Positions 41,312 to 51,900 of a DNA stretch of 64,000 nucleotides are shown here, piece by piece. This DNA comes from Candidatus Cloacimonadales bacterium (lineage in GTDB: Bacteria > Cloacimonadota > Cloacimonadia > Cloacimonadales > JAIOQZ01), in the NCBI GenBank assembly GCA_963665815.1, contig OY762463.1:2592001-2656000 (forward strand). The letters run 5' to 3'. How positions within the stretch are numbered: position 1 is the first letter of the stretch; each line of letters starts with the position of its first letter. The position numbers and the translations under genes are program-made. The notes below the pieces were generated by a model. That model saw nothing but the letters and a program-made list of their open reading frames with translations. It was not told the origin of the DNA and ran no database searches.

Positions 41312-42271
41312 ATGAAAAAATTCATCGATGTGTTATTATGGCTGTTAATTGCTGTAATGTTTGTTTTATCGGTTTTTAGTGCATTTCTGGGAAGTATTTT
41401 AGTTGTTATGCTTTTTTCATCAATAATAGTGTTCCTGATCCCCCCTGTAAGGCGTGTCATTTTCCCAAAGATGTTTAAAGATAAGGATACACTTAAACTC
41501 AGAACTTTATTTTCTGTATTATATGTCGCTATAATCGCAACAATAATCTTCATTATTCTTCAGGGAGCAGATTTCAGTAAACTCAATCCCTACACTGGTC
41601 CTTACAAATTCAAGAAGCCGGCAAGGTACTTTGAAGGAACTCTGGTGGTCGATCGGGATAATGAGTACGTTTCTATGGAAATAACAACAAATGCACCGGA
41701 CAATGCTTTTTTCGAGCTTTCCATGGTTAATGATGACCAGAAGGTGATCAGTTCAATAGAGAGTGTATTGAATGGAAAGATAAACAGGGAGTTTACAATA
41801 CCGGAGGAATGGGGAACATCGCTTGTTTTATGTAATGCTGTAATGCCTTTTAACTTTCCCAGCGTTAAGCAACCGGATGCTGTCAAAAAGATATATGGGA
41901 TCAATGGCAGTAAAATGGATAGTCCCCTGGCAGAAGCAAACAACCTGAATGGATTTAACGGTGTGCTGAGGGCTCAGTATTTTACATATCCGGACAATAT
42001 ATCATATATTGATAAAGCTATAAAGAAAATTGTGAATGAAAGTGATCTTCTGGATGCAATTTATCCTGAGTCAGAAATGATGGACTGGACAGCTCCAATT
42101 GTTGTGTTTTCAATAGAATGGGATTCTCTCGAATCGTCTGAGAAGAAACAAATTTGTACAGATTTTGAAAAGGACCTTAAGCAATTCCTGAAGCAGCATG
42201 CGGAAGTGCCGAAAATCGACGTCAGGTTCATTGATTATCAGGGAAATGTAATTCAGGTTTCAGAATTATAA
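41312..42271 (+). CDS. Hypothetical membrane-anchored protein
   Basis: Three N-terminal TM segments plus soluble domain; ATG 41312 with GGAGG. Confidence 0.75.
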   Translation: MKKFIDVLLWLLIAVMFVLSVFSAFLGSILVVMLFSSIIVFLIPPVRRVIFPKMFKDKDTLKLRTLFSVLYVAIIATIIFIILQGADFSKLNPYTGPYKFKKPARYFEGTLVVDRDNEYVSMEITTNAPDNAFFELSMVNDDQKVISSIESVLNGKINREFTIPEEWGTSLVLCNAVMPFNFPSVKQPDAVKKIYGINGSKMDSPLAEANNLNGFNGVLRAQYFTYPDNISYIDKAIKKIVNESDLLDAIYPESEMMDWTAPIVVFSIEWDSLESSEKKQICTDFEKDLKQFLKQHAEVPKIDVRFIDYQGNVIQVSEL

Positions 42272-42301
42272 AAAAGGCTGAACATGTCAGCCTTAACTTA
42301 T

Positions 42302-42625
42302 CTATAATCCCATTAATGTTAGCTTATGAAATGAATTATCATTTATAAACTCCAGATAGATTATTCTATCAATCTCAGAAACACTGTAATAGTAATAATC
42401 TCCAACGAAATCACTCATATTTTGATTTCTTTATGACTTTATCAGGTTCAAATTTTGTGCACTATCGAAAACGTGGACCATATCATGATTAAATGCCACC
42501 ATCTTTTCATCATCTAATATCATCACATTGGTTTGATAACCGGGTGCAGAATCAGAAAAATCAAAATTAGACTGGTTCAATACTTCTGTTACTGGATTAA
42601 ATTTATAAAGGGTATATATACATAA
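42302..42625 (-). pseudogene. Possible gene remnant with one in-frame stop
   Basis: 108-codon frame (YTLYKFNP...MVHVFD...IKS*RNQ...LMGL*) with one internal TAA at 42431-42433; protein-like composition; in frame with upstream epimerase stop. Confidence 0.35.
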
Positions 42626-43570
42626 TTACAATAGAGGTTTAGATTCCAGTTTTCTAATGATTTCCTCAAACTCACTTAAATGTAAATAATTGTTCATGAA
42701 CTTAAACTGATGAATGTGAAGATTGTGATAATTAACGGATGCAAGGCTATGAGAGCAATACATAGATCTAGGTTGATCTGATGCCAGCCAATACTCATCA
42801 AAGTTATCAATAACTGATTTAATTCCAGCCTGGAAAATTAACCTGGCTTTCTCATCTCTAGTAATAGCATAGTATTCCCATATTCCCCATAATGCGTATA
42901 ATTTTCCATTTAATACGTGGCAATGTTCCTTATTTGGATATTCTTCAATCCAATAGTAATCGTTGTCGTCAATATGCACACACCAATATGGATCAGTGTT
43001 TGTTATCAGAGTTTCAAAGAGACTATTGGCAACATTAAGGTAATGAGAATCATTTGTAAGAATAAAACCTCTACAGAATGCACCCAGTAATTCTCCCTGA
43101 GCCATTCCACTAACCCAAACATCTCCCATGGGAACTCCAAAATGATTATGAGAAAATTTATATTCGGCGTAGTATGCGTGCGTTAGTTGCTTTTCAATAT
43201 ATTCTAAGTTTATTAAAATGATTTTCTTAAAATCTTCATTAAAATCATTTCTGTAAAAGTCATACAGAAAGCTTATTGCATGTGCATGTGAAACAGGATG
43301 GAATCCATCAAATGTATCATTGGGTGTATGTATGATTGAATCAGCATCTAAGTAATCTTCTATTACCATAGTTCTTCCAAAGCCTTCGAAGGTGTGCAAA
43401 GTGGAGTCTGCTTTTTCTTGAATATCTGAAATTTCAAGTTGCTTTACATTCTTGAAGTCAAGTTCTTCCACTTTGTCAACAACGTTAGTAGGGTTTGTTG
43501 ATGTTGTTCTGCAGGATGCAATTGTAATAAGAATTAATAAAGGTAATAATAAATTTCTGTTCTTTCTCAT
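42626..43570 (-). CDS. D-glucuronyl C5-epimerase C-terminal-domain lipoprotein
   Basis: Lipobox IASC; WVSGMAQG, WIEEYP, HVLNG.LYAL.G, YHNLHI.Q. Confidence 0.85.
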   Translation of the reverse strand: MRKNRNLLLPLLILITIASCRTTSTNPTNVVDKVEELDFKNVKQLEISDIQEKADSTLHTFEGFGRTMVIEDYLDADSIIHTPNDTFDGFHPVSHAHAISFLYDFYRNDFNEDFKKIILINLEYIEKQLTHAYYAEYKFSHNHFGVPMGDVWVSGMAQGELLGAFCRGFILTNDSHYLNVANSLFETLITNTDPYWCVHIDDNDYYWIEEYPNKEHCHVLNGKLYALWGIWEYYAITRDEKARLIFQAGIKSVIDNFDEYWLASDQPRSMYCSHSLASVNYHNLHIHQFKFMNNYLHLSEFEEIIRKLESKPLL

Positions 43571-43693
43571 TTTTTCCCCTTAATGTTTTAAACTCATACC
43601 CTATTGAGTTTTAAAAAAAAATGATTTGCAATATTAATGTCAAGCATATTGACTGAAAATTAAATGAGTCGTCTGAAAAGAATCATAAATGAT

Positions 43694-43725
43694 AAAAAGG
43701 CTGCCGTTTAATCCAGCAGCCTTTT
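43694..43725 (-). terminator. Intrinsic terminator of 2-oxoacid dehydrogenase operon
   Basis: AAAAGGCTGC/GCAGCCTTTT stem. Confidence 0.75.
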
Positions 43726-43730
43726 AACAT

Positions 43731-45062
43731 CTATTTATGCAGTGGTTCGTCTATAGCATCGAATCCCGCCTCCATGAATACTTCCGAAACAGTCGGATGA
43801 GCATGTATAGTCTTTGAAAGATCAAATACCGTTCCCTCGATTTTCATCAGGGCAGATGCTTCTGCTATCAGATCTGTTGCGTTTGCCGCAATAATCTGAA
43901 CTCCGAGTACTTCGCCGTATTTCTTTTCCGACAGGATTCTGATCTTACCTTCTGTGTTACCTTCTGCCAGAGCTTTACCATTTGCAGACAAGCTGAACTC
44001 AGAAACCTTGAAATCTGTTCCGGATTCCTCCAGCTCCTGCTCTGTCTTGCCTATCTGTGACATTTCCGGGTTAGAGTATACATTCAGCAGATCAATATCT
44101 GTTTCCTGATTCTCTATCCCTCTGAGATGGTTTACAGCGGCAAGTCCCTGTGCTGATGCAGAATGTGCAACACTGGCTCTGCCATTGACATCACCAACAG
44201 CATAAATACCTGAGATACTGGTCAGGAGGTTGTGATCAGTCTTAATAAAGCCGTTTTCCAGTCGGAACGCCTGTTTGCTTTCCGGGATAACGGCATTTCT
44301 TAGATTACAATTAACTATTTTATCAAACTCTATTTTTTTATCATTTACGAAAATTTCATCTTTCTCCATCTTCCACTCTGACCTTGGAAAATATTGTATC
44401 TTATCCTTCTTGAACTTGGAAACAATAAACTGCTCAAAGTGTTTGTCCATACCGGGCAGAATATTCTCTTCACTATTCAGTAATACAATATTTCTATCCA
44501 ACATTTTAAACAATTGAGCCATCTCCACAGCTACAGTACCGGATCCGATAATTACTGGATTTTCAGGAAGACTTTCTTCGCTCATCAGTGTTTCCAGATT
44601 GAGTATCAAGTCTTTGTTTTCAACTTCGATTGGTTCAGGATAAGAACCTGTAGCAATAAAGATATTCTTAGTTTCCAGCAGACGGGAGTTCACATCAATC
44701 TTGTGCTCATCTACAATTACTGCTTCACCATCAATTATCTCAACCCCGTTTTTCTTTAACAGAAATTGTACTCCGCGAGTCAGTTTTCCTGTTACACGTT
44801 TAACACGTTTTTGTGCCAATTTCCAGTCAAAATTGAGACTTTCCTTATCAATGCCGGTAATAGCAAAGTCTTTTGCTTTCTTTATCCTGTCATATAGTTT
44901 TGCCGACTCGATAAGTGTTTTTGTCGGGATGCAGCCCCAATTGAGACACATACCGCCAATATATTTTTTATCAATGATAGCTGTTTTCAGTCCAATCTGT
45001 CCTGCTCTTATTGCAGCAACATATCCGGCAGGTCCAGCTCCGATAATTATTAAATCATACAT
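43731..45062 (-). CDS. lpdA: Dihydrolipoamide dehydrogenase (E3)
   Basis: GAGPAGY, GGMCLNWGCIPTK, HAHPTVSE. Confidence 0.93.
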   Translation of the reverse strand: MYDLIIIGAGPAGYVAAIRAGQIGLKTAIIDKKYIGGMCLNWGCIPTKTLIESAKLYDRIKKAKDFAITGIDKESLNFDWKLAQKRVKRVTGKLTRGVQFLLKKNGVEIIDGEAVIVDEHKIDVNSRLLETKNIFIATGSYPEPIEVENKDLILNLETLMSEESLPENPVIIGSGTVAVEMAQLFKMLDRNIVLLNSEENILPGMDKHFEQFIVSKFKKDKIQYFPRSEWKMEKDEIFVNDKKIEFDKIVNCNLRNAVIPESKQAFRLENGFIKTDHNLLTSISGIYAVGDVNGRASVAHSASAQGLAAVNHLRGIENQETDIDLLNVYSNPEMSQIGKTEQELEESGTDFKVSEFSLSANGKALAEGNTEGKIRILSEKKYGEVLGVQIIAANATDLIAEASALMKIEGTVFDLSKTIHAHPTVSEVFMEAGFDAIDEPLHK

Positions 45063-45072
45063 CTTCTACCTC

Positions 45073-46365
45073 CTATTTCATTATCAGAGCTATCGGATCA
45101 TTTAGATAACTCATAACTTCAGTTACAAATCTGCCAACTTCTCCACCATCAACGATTCTGTGATCGACCGACATTGAGATAGGCATTACATTTCCAACAG
45201 CCAGTTCATGATTCTTAACAACAGGTTTTTCGGTAATCCTGCCTACACCAAAGATTGCAGCCTGTGGATAGTTGATTACGGGAACGGCGTACAATCCACC
45301 AATAGAACCGTAATTTGTAACGGTGAATGTTCCGTCTTTCATGTCCTCAAATGTAAGCTCACGTTCTCTGGCTTTTATTGAAATCTCAGTGAGTTCTTTT
45401 GCCAGCTCAAAAATAGATTTTTTATCAACATCTTTAATAACAGGAACAAGAAGACCATCTTCTGTATCTACAGCAATACCTATGTTATAGTACTTCTTGT
45501 AGATCATCCTGTCATTTTCTTCATCCATCTGACTGTTTAGTGAAGGGTGATTCTTAAGAGCTTTGGCAATTGATTTCAGGATAAACGGCAGGTAAGACAA
45601 CATTACATTTTCATCTGCAAAGATTTTCTTGTATTTCTTCCTGATTTCTATCAATTTGCTGACTTCGACATCTTCATGCACAGACATATGAGCAGCATTG
45701 TGCTTTGAGCGAATCATGTTCTTAGCTATTGTCTTTCTGATCTGTGATAACGGTTCATATACAACTCTTGGTTCCTGCTCAGTTACTTTTTGTACAGCCG
45801 GAGCAGCACTTTGTACTTTGTTAATGTATTGCTGAATATCTTTTTTCATCACTCTTCCGGCAGGTCCGGAACCTTTAACAAGATTGATATCCACACTAAG
45901 ATCCTTAGCCATAGCTCGTGCAACTGGAGTTGCCAATGCTTTCTTTCTGACAGGTTTTTCGTTTTTCTGCTGTTGAACTCCTTCATCGCTTGATGGCAGA
46001 TATCCACCATCTCCCGCAACTTCCAGGGTACCGACAACGCCAAAACCTTTTTCTTCAACCTGTTCTTCTTTAGGTCCTTCAGGCTGTTCCTGAGCTGTCT
46101 TTTGTGCTTCTTCTCCGCTTACACCTTCTATATCCAGTTCTACAAGTGGATTTCCCACTTTTACAACTTCTCCGGGGGAGCCATACTTCATTGCCACAAC
46201 ACCATCTTTAGGAGACGGAATATCTGTTACAACTTTATCTGTTTCCATTTTTACCAGAGAATCACCTGATTTGATTTCCTGTCCTTTTTCGACGTACCAT
46301 TCTATGATTTTTCCTTCTTCAAGACCTTCGCCTATATCCGGAAAGTTAAATATATACCTCATCAT
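45073..46365 (-). CDS. pdhC: Dihydrolipoamide acyltransferase (E2)
   Basis: Lipoyl ETDKV, E3-binding ATPVAR...GSGPAGRV, DHRIVDG. Confidence 0.9.
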   Translation of the reverse strand: MMRYIFNFPDIGEGLEEGKIIEWYVEKGQEIKSGDSLVKMETDKVVTDIPSPKDGVVAMKYGSPGEVVKVGNPLVELDIEGVSGEEAQKTAQEQPEGPKEEQVEEKGFGVVGTLEVAGDGGYLPSSDEGVQQQKNEKPVRKKALATPVARAMAKDLSVDINLVKGSGPAGRVMKKDIQQYINKVQSAAPAVQKVTEQEPRVVYEPLSQIRKTIAKNMIRSKHNAAHMSVHEDVEVSKLIEIRKKYKKIFADENVMLSYLPFILKSIAKALKNHPSLNSQMDEENDRMIYKKYYNIGIAVDTEDGLLVPVIKDVDKKSIFELAKELTEISIKARERELTFEDMKDGTFTVTNYGSIGGLYAVPVINYPQAAIFGVGRITEKPVVKNHELAVGNVMPISMSVDHRIVDGGEVGRFVTEVMSYLNDPIALIMK

Positions 46366-46370
46366 TCCTC

Positions 46371-47348
46371 CTAATAGTTCACTATCTTTTCAATGTTATA
46401 CATAATCTTCTCAGGTGTCTGCATATAGAACTTCTCACCCTGAGGAAGAGGAATTATTGTGTCAAAACCTGCGACTCTGGTTGGAGGAGCTTCCAGGCTT
46501 AAGAATGCTTCTTCGTTTGCAATTGCCATTATCTCACTTGATACACCAAAGCTTTGAGGTCCCTCTGTAACAACTATGACTCTACCTGTTTTTCGGATTG
46601 AGTCCGCTACAGTTTCTCTGTCTATCGGATAGATAGAACGCAGATCAATAATCTCTACTGATATTCCTTTCTGTTTTGCCATGGCAGAAGCTTTCTGAAT
46701 CTCGCGAATCATAGCTCCGTATCCAATTACTGTAATGCTGTCACCTTTCTGAACAACACGAGCCTTACCAATCGGGATATTGTATTTATCTTCGGATACT
46801 TCTTGTTTGATAGCCCTGTATATTCTCTTTGGTTCCATGTAGATTACCGGATCATCTGTCTGGATTGCTTCTATCAGCAGACCTTTGGCATCATGCGGTG
46901 TAGATGGAATTACTACTTTCAGTCCCGGAATATGTCCAAACAGAGCTTCCATACTTTCGGAGTGGTGTTCAAGAGCGTTAATCCCACCGCCGTATGGCAT
47001 TCTGATTACCATTGGTACTTTATATTTACCGCGTGTTCTGTTGTGATATCTGGCAACATGTGATATTATTTGATTAAATGCCGGATAGACAAAACCGGAG
47101 AACTGCATTTCCACTACGGGACGGAGTCCGCCAATTGCCATTCCTAGCCCTGTTCCCACAATACCGCTTTCTGCGAGTGGAGAGTCAAAAACTCTTTCTT
47201 TTCCAAACTGCTGCTGGAGGTTTTCAGTTACGCGGAACACACCGCCTTCTACTCCAACATCTTCTCCGAATACAACTACATTCGGATCTTCTTTCAGCAT
47301 AATTTCCATGGCATTGTTTACAGCCTGTACAATGTTCATCACTTTCAT
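46371..47348 (-). CDS. pdhB: 2-oxoacid (pyruvate or branched-chain) dehydrogenase E1 beta
   Basis: GEDVGVEGGVFR, DSPLAESG, EHHSES. Confidence 0.9.
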   Translation of the reverse strand: MKVMNIVQAVNNAMEIMLKEDPNVVVFGEDVGVEGGVFRVTENLQQQFGKERVFDSPLAESGIVGTGLGMAIGGLRPVVEMQFSGFVYPAFNQIISHVARYHNRTRGKYKVPMVIRMPYGGGINALEHHSESMEALFGHIPGLKVVIPSTPHDAKGLLIEAIQTDDPVIYMEPKRIYRAIKQEVSEDKYNIPIGKARVVQKGDSITVIGYGAMIREIQKASAMAKQKGISVEIIDLRSIYPIDRETVADSIRKTGRVIVVTEGPQSFGVSSEIMAIANEEAFLSLEAPPTRVAGFDTIIPLPQGEKFYMQTPEKIMYNIEKIVNY

Positions 47349-48430
47349 TTCTGTGCCTCCTTCCACTGCATAAACTGTTTGTGTTTCTGTTTCTGCTTCT
47401 TGAGCTCATCAGGCATTTCAACATATTGATACTCAAAGACATCATCGAAGTTGTATTCTGTTTTTTCAGCTTCATCAAACTCGATATTGATTTTCTTTTT
47501 GTATTCTTCGAGAAGCTTGTTTTCTTCTTCTTCTGAGTATATACCTTTAGCTATCAGATATTTTTTCAATCTCTCCAGCGGATCAGTCTTTTCCCATTCT
47601 GCTTCTTCGTCTTTTGTTCTGTATCTCGTAGGGTCATCTGAAGTTGTATGTGCTCCCTTACGGAATGTAACTGCTTCAATCAGGAATGGGCCATTTCCTT
47701 CCATAACATGCTTACGTGCTTCCTGAAGTACATCATACATAGCGAAAATATCATTCCCGTCTACTTTGATGCTTGGTACACCGGCAGCAACACCCTTAAC
47801 TGCCAGATTCATGGCAGCGGTCTGTCTGGCAACCGGAACAGATATAGCAAACTGGTTATTCTGAATTACGAAGACTACAGGGGCTTTCCATACTCCGGCA
47901 AAGTTCATTGCTTCATAGAAATCACCTTCGGATGTTCCACCATCACCAACATATGTAAATACGGCAGATTCTTCTTCCTTATGCTTCATGGCATAACCAA
48001 TTCCGGCAGCGTGCAGAAGCTGTGAGGCTATTGGTACCGAAAGAGGAACTATTCTGTTTGCTTTCTCAAAGTAAACTCCCCATTCGTCACCACGATAGTA
48101 CATGTACAATTCTTTTAATGTTGCACCTTTGGCAATATATGCTCCAAGTTCACGAAAAGCCGGCACAAGCCAGTCATCATGTCTGATTGTAAGACCGGAT
48201 GCCACAGCAACAGCTTCCTGACCAAGACTTGGGGGATATGTGTACATTCTGCCTTGTCTCTGAAAGCTTACAGCCATCAGGTCGGCAGTACGTGCGAACA
48301 ACATTTTATTATATATATCTTTTAACTCTTCATCTTCAAACGGGCAGGTCCAGTTCTCAGCAACAACCTTTCCGTCATTATCAAGAACCTTATACATTTC
48401 GTTCTTGAGCGGATCAAAATCACGAATCAT
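47345..48430 (-). CDS. pdhA: 2-oxoacid (pyruvate or branched-chain) dehydrogenase E1 alpha
   Basis: QRQGR, GDGGTSEGDF...NNQFAIS TPP motif, HTTSDDPTRYR. Confidence 0.9.
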   Translation of the reverse strand: MIRDFDPLKNEMYKVLDNDGKVVAENWTCPFEDEELKDIYNKMLFARTADLMAVSFQRQGRMYTYPPSLGQEAVAVASGLTIRHDDWLVPAFRELGAYIAKGATLKELYMYYRGDEWGVYFEKANRIVPLSVPIASQLLHAAGIGYAMKHKEEESAVFTYVGDGGTSEGDFYEAMNFAGVWKAPVVFVIQNNQFAISVPVARQTAAMNLAVKGVAAGVPSIKVDGNDIFAMYDVLQEARKHVMEGNGPFLIEAVTFRKGAHTTSDDPTRYRTKDEEAEWEKTDPLERLKKYLIAKGIYSEEEENKLLEEYKKKINIEFDEAEKTEYNFDDVFEYQYVEMPDELKKQKQKHKQFMQWKEAQK

Positions 48431-48719
48431 CTTTACCTCCTTGATCGTTATCTCTTACAATCAAACTAATTAAATTCCGGAGAAAAGAAACTATTTTTTA
48501 ATTGTTGACGGTGTTAAATATATCAAAAAATCAGATAAGGTCATGTTATAAAAGGTTTTTAGCGTGTATAAAAAATAATTACATAATCATGAAAATTATA
48601 AAACATTGCAGTTAAATATTTAGAATAGAGTGTTAGAAAACTGAAACAATTTATGTAGGTTCAGAATAAAATGCAATGATGTGCAGTTTTTATCGAAAGA
48701 AAAGCCACTTGCAGGAGAT

Positions 48720-48760
48720 GAGACAAAGGTCCTTTGCCTCTACGTATCTCGTAGAGACAG
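48720..48760. repeat. GTAG-class REP-like palindrome and degenerate partner
   Basis: GTAGAGGCAAAGGACCTTTGTCTC (minus, 48720-48743) back-to-back with GTAGAGACAG at 48751. Confidence 0.55.
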
Positions 48761-48808
48761 AACTATAGCTACTTCTCAGCAAAAAAAGAGAACATGGTGT
48801 TTACAATC

Positions 48809-48839
48809 TCAGAATTTTAGTAAAAAAAGGGGGGATGCC
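48809..48839 (-). mobile_element. Isolated left terminus of the MITE family
   Basis: Minus strand GGCATCCCCCCTTTTTTTACTAAAATTCTGA vs GGAATCCCCCCTTTTTTTCTTAAAAATCTGA at 52947; interior beyond about 31 nt is unrelated. Confidence 0.65.
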
Positions 48840-48918
48840 AACAAATGTATTAAATAATTGACACTTATCTCAGCAATTATACACATTGTTGTGAGATACT
48901 TTCAGGTAAGGAGAAGTA

Positions 48919-51900
48919 ATGAAACGCAAAGCATTTTTATGTATAATTTTTATATATTCATTATTGAACGGACTTGTTTACGAAACAGCATCCTTAAAAG
49001 ATTTTATTTATGGTGAAACTGACTCAACATCTTATGACAACTGGCAGAGCCATGTTGTAGAAAGTACTGCAACTTTTGGTTATGTATACGCTCCATTCGA
49101 TGTTCAGAGTGACGGTTTCGGTACTTTTGATGTTCCGGACTCCTCAGATACAATCTGTTGGACACAAATAATTGATAACATCCTTGATAATAATCTTAAT
49201 ATAGCCGATTCCTTGATTTCTGAGCAGAACTGGCCGTATGAGCTTGTAGCTTTTCATGACACAGATGTTGATAGAGATTATTTGATGCTGCGGGAATTGA
49301 TAAATCCTGTATATGTAGACTCAAACAATGGAGACTATATTGAGAGCGGAAGTTTTGACAAAGGCTGGGGATTATATATATTCAATTATGATTCCGATAA
49401 CAGTAATATTATATCTACCCCTCACCCAAGTGATGATTTTGTTTCTGTACCTGTATCCTGTTACGCTTTCCAGAAACTCAATGCCAGATACTGGTTTATG
49501 AGTGGTGCAAGTCGTGGAGCAGCTATTTCAGACTTTCAATTTAGTCCGGATTATTCTCTCTCAGATCCAACCAGAAATAATGTACATCCCAATAATGCAG
49601 CCTATAAGACTGTTGTTGATAGAATAAGAGCTGCCGGAGAACCTGAGTTTTGCCTGCAAATGCACTCCTATGATAGCCATGGAGACAATACTTACAAGCC
49701 TGTTGAAATTACAACCGGAAGAGCATATACTGTTCCTGGGCATCCTATAAGGGATTTCAGTGGAAACAATCTGGACTTGGTAAACTTCACTCCTTATCTT
49801 GTTGTAAATAATTATATTGGTTTGGTTTACAATAATGTAAATATTGATGATTATTATTCAATTAAGAATACATCAGAAGGAATATATAGAGACGGAAGCA
49901 ATTTTCAAATCGATGATTATCCACATCTCAGAGGTTATTATCAAAACAGGCAGGCACTGTATACAAACAATTATTATGATGATGAGGATATGTTCAGTCA
50001 TTTCATGCATGTTGAACTCAGTGAGTTTCCATATGCTTTTTATGAATCATATCCATATTTTTCTGCTCTTTATGAAGAGTACAATGGTACATTTTCCAGC
50101 AGATTTAACAGAATAGTACAATTCTATGAACCTTTTGTGGACGCTTTAGCTCAGTCAATGATGTACTATAATGAGTTTGATGATGGACTTACACCTGATG
50201 CTCCTGAGCTGAGAAACTGTAGAGATGGTGATTTTATTGGTTTAATATGGTCTGAAGATGATTCATATGATTTCCATACTTACAAAATCTATTACTCAAA
50301 TAATCCGATTCCAGATAGTCCTGACACAGTTGCAGATACAACAATACATGTTATAGACAGAGAAAACGATCCTCTTCTGGCACTACCTGTCAGTGCAAGA
50401 TTATCTGCATTAGATTATAATCTTTTAGATAAGTATGTCAGGATTCAGGTTCTGGATAAAAACGGGAATCAATCTCCTCTATCAAATGAAGTAAATGCAG
50501 CTACAATAAACGTTGATGTTTCATCATACTCGGTAATTGAAACTGGCAATGGAGTTGAGATAGAATGGACAACCGTATATCAGAATAATAATGCTGGATT
50601 TGTATTATATAGGAGTGAGTGGCCTTTTGATAATGATGTATTAATTGCTCATTATCAAGTTCAACAGGAATTAGCTGGATCAACTGCTCAGGATAGTGTG
50701 TTATATTCTTTTACTGATTCAAATGTTGAAAACAACAAAATATATAATTATTCTTTGTACTATTATGATACAATAACTAATCAGGAAATAGAAGTTGTGC
50801 CGGAAATTGGTATTCATCTGGAGGACGGATATAATATTGTACATGATAACCACGGTAATGAGTCGATATATACAATTTCAAACAACTATTACGCAGAAGA
50901 TGGTTTAGATGATTTGGATGTTTTATCGACAGATCATTCAATTTCTCGATATTCCGGAATCAGGGATGAAAACTACTATGATTTGCTGTATACTACTTCC
51001 AGAAAACAGTTTTATGATTCGACTGAAACATATAAGGAATGGCTATTTACCACTTACAGATGTTCCGGAAATAATGTCATTAAACTGGAACAGCAGCCAG
51101 ATAGCGTAAGCTCAAATGAAAGGATGCTGATCAGAAGTGGAAATCTTTACTGTGATCTTTTAACTGACAGTTTAGTGTATACTGAAAGCTCAAATGGTAT
51201 TATTCGTCGTTACTTCAACATCTACTGGGGTAATCTTATTCCGAATATTTCAACTTCATTGGATACTGTAAGATATTACAGCATTGGTGACTCATTAAAG
51301 TTAAACTGGTATAATGATAAAGAGTTTGCCTTAACGAGATATTATATTACTGCCGGAGACTCAGTTAACAGCACAATGGTTACCGCTTCTCTCAGCACGT
51401 ATTCATCAAGCTTTAAGTTTCTACTAAGTGAGGATTTTTTAGGTTTCACAACTTTTACTCTTCATGCAGTTATGTATGATAACACTGAGTTGCAGTTTGA
51501 ATTTCCACCTGTTTTTGTTAATCCTGTTTCTCAGGAATATGAGATTTCAACGGGTTTGAATCAAGTAACTTTCAGTAATCTTAGTACATCAGTAGATATT
51601 CAGTCTACATTTGGTAATACTCTTACAGCATATAAATATATTGATAGTGTATTTGTTGCACAAAGCTCTCTGACAAATGGCTCATATATTCTCAAAAGCA
51701 GTCAGAATAACAGTTTAAATATGCAAAACTGTCAATTTCCGGATGGTCCAAGAGGCATTATGCTCTATAGTGGTTGGAATCTGATTGGTTCTCCTTTTCC
51801 TCATGATTATCCTTTAACTTCATGCGAAGTAATCTCAGATGGAGTAACAATGAGCTTTAATGATGCAATTAATGCGGAAATTATTGGTGGTTATGGATTT

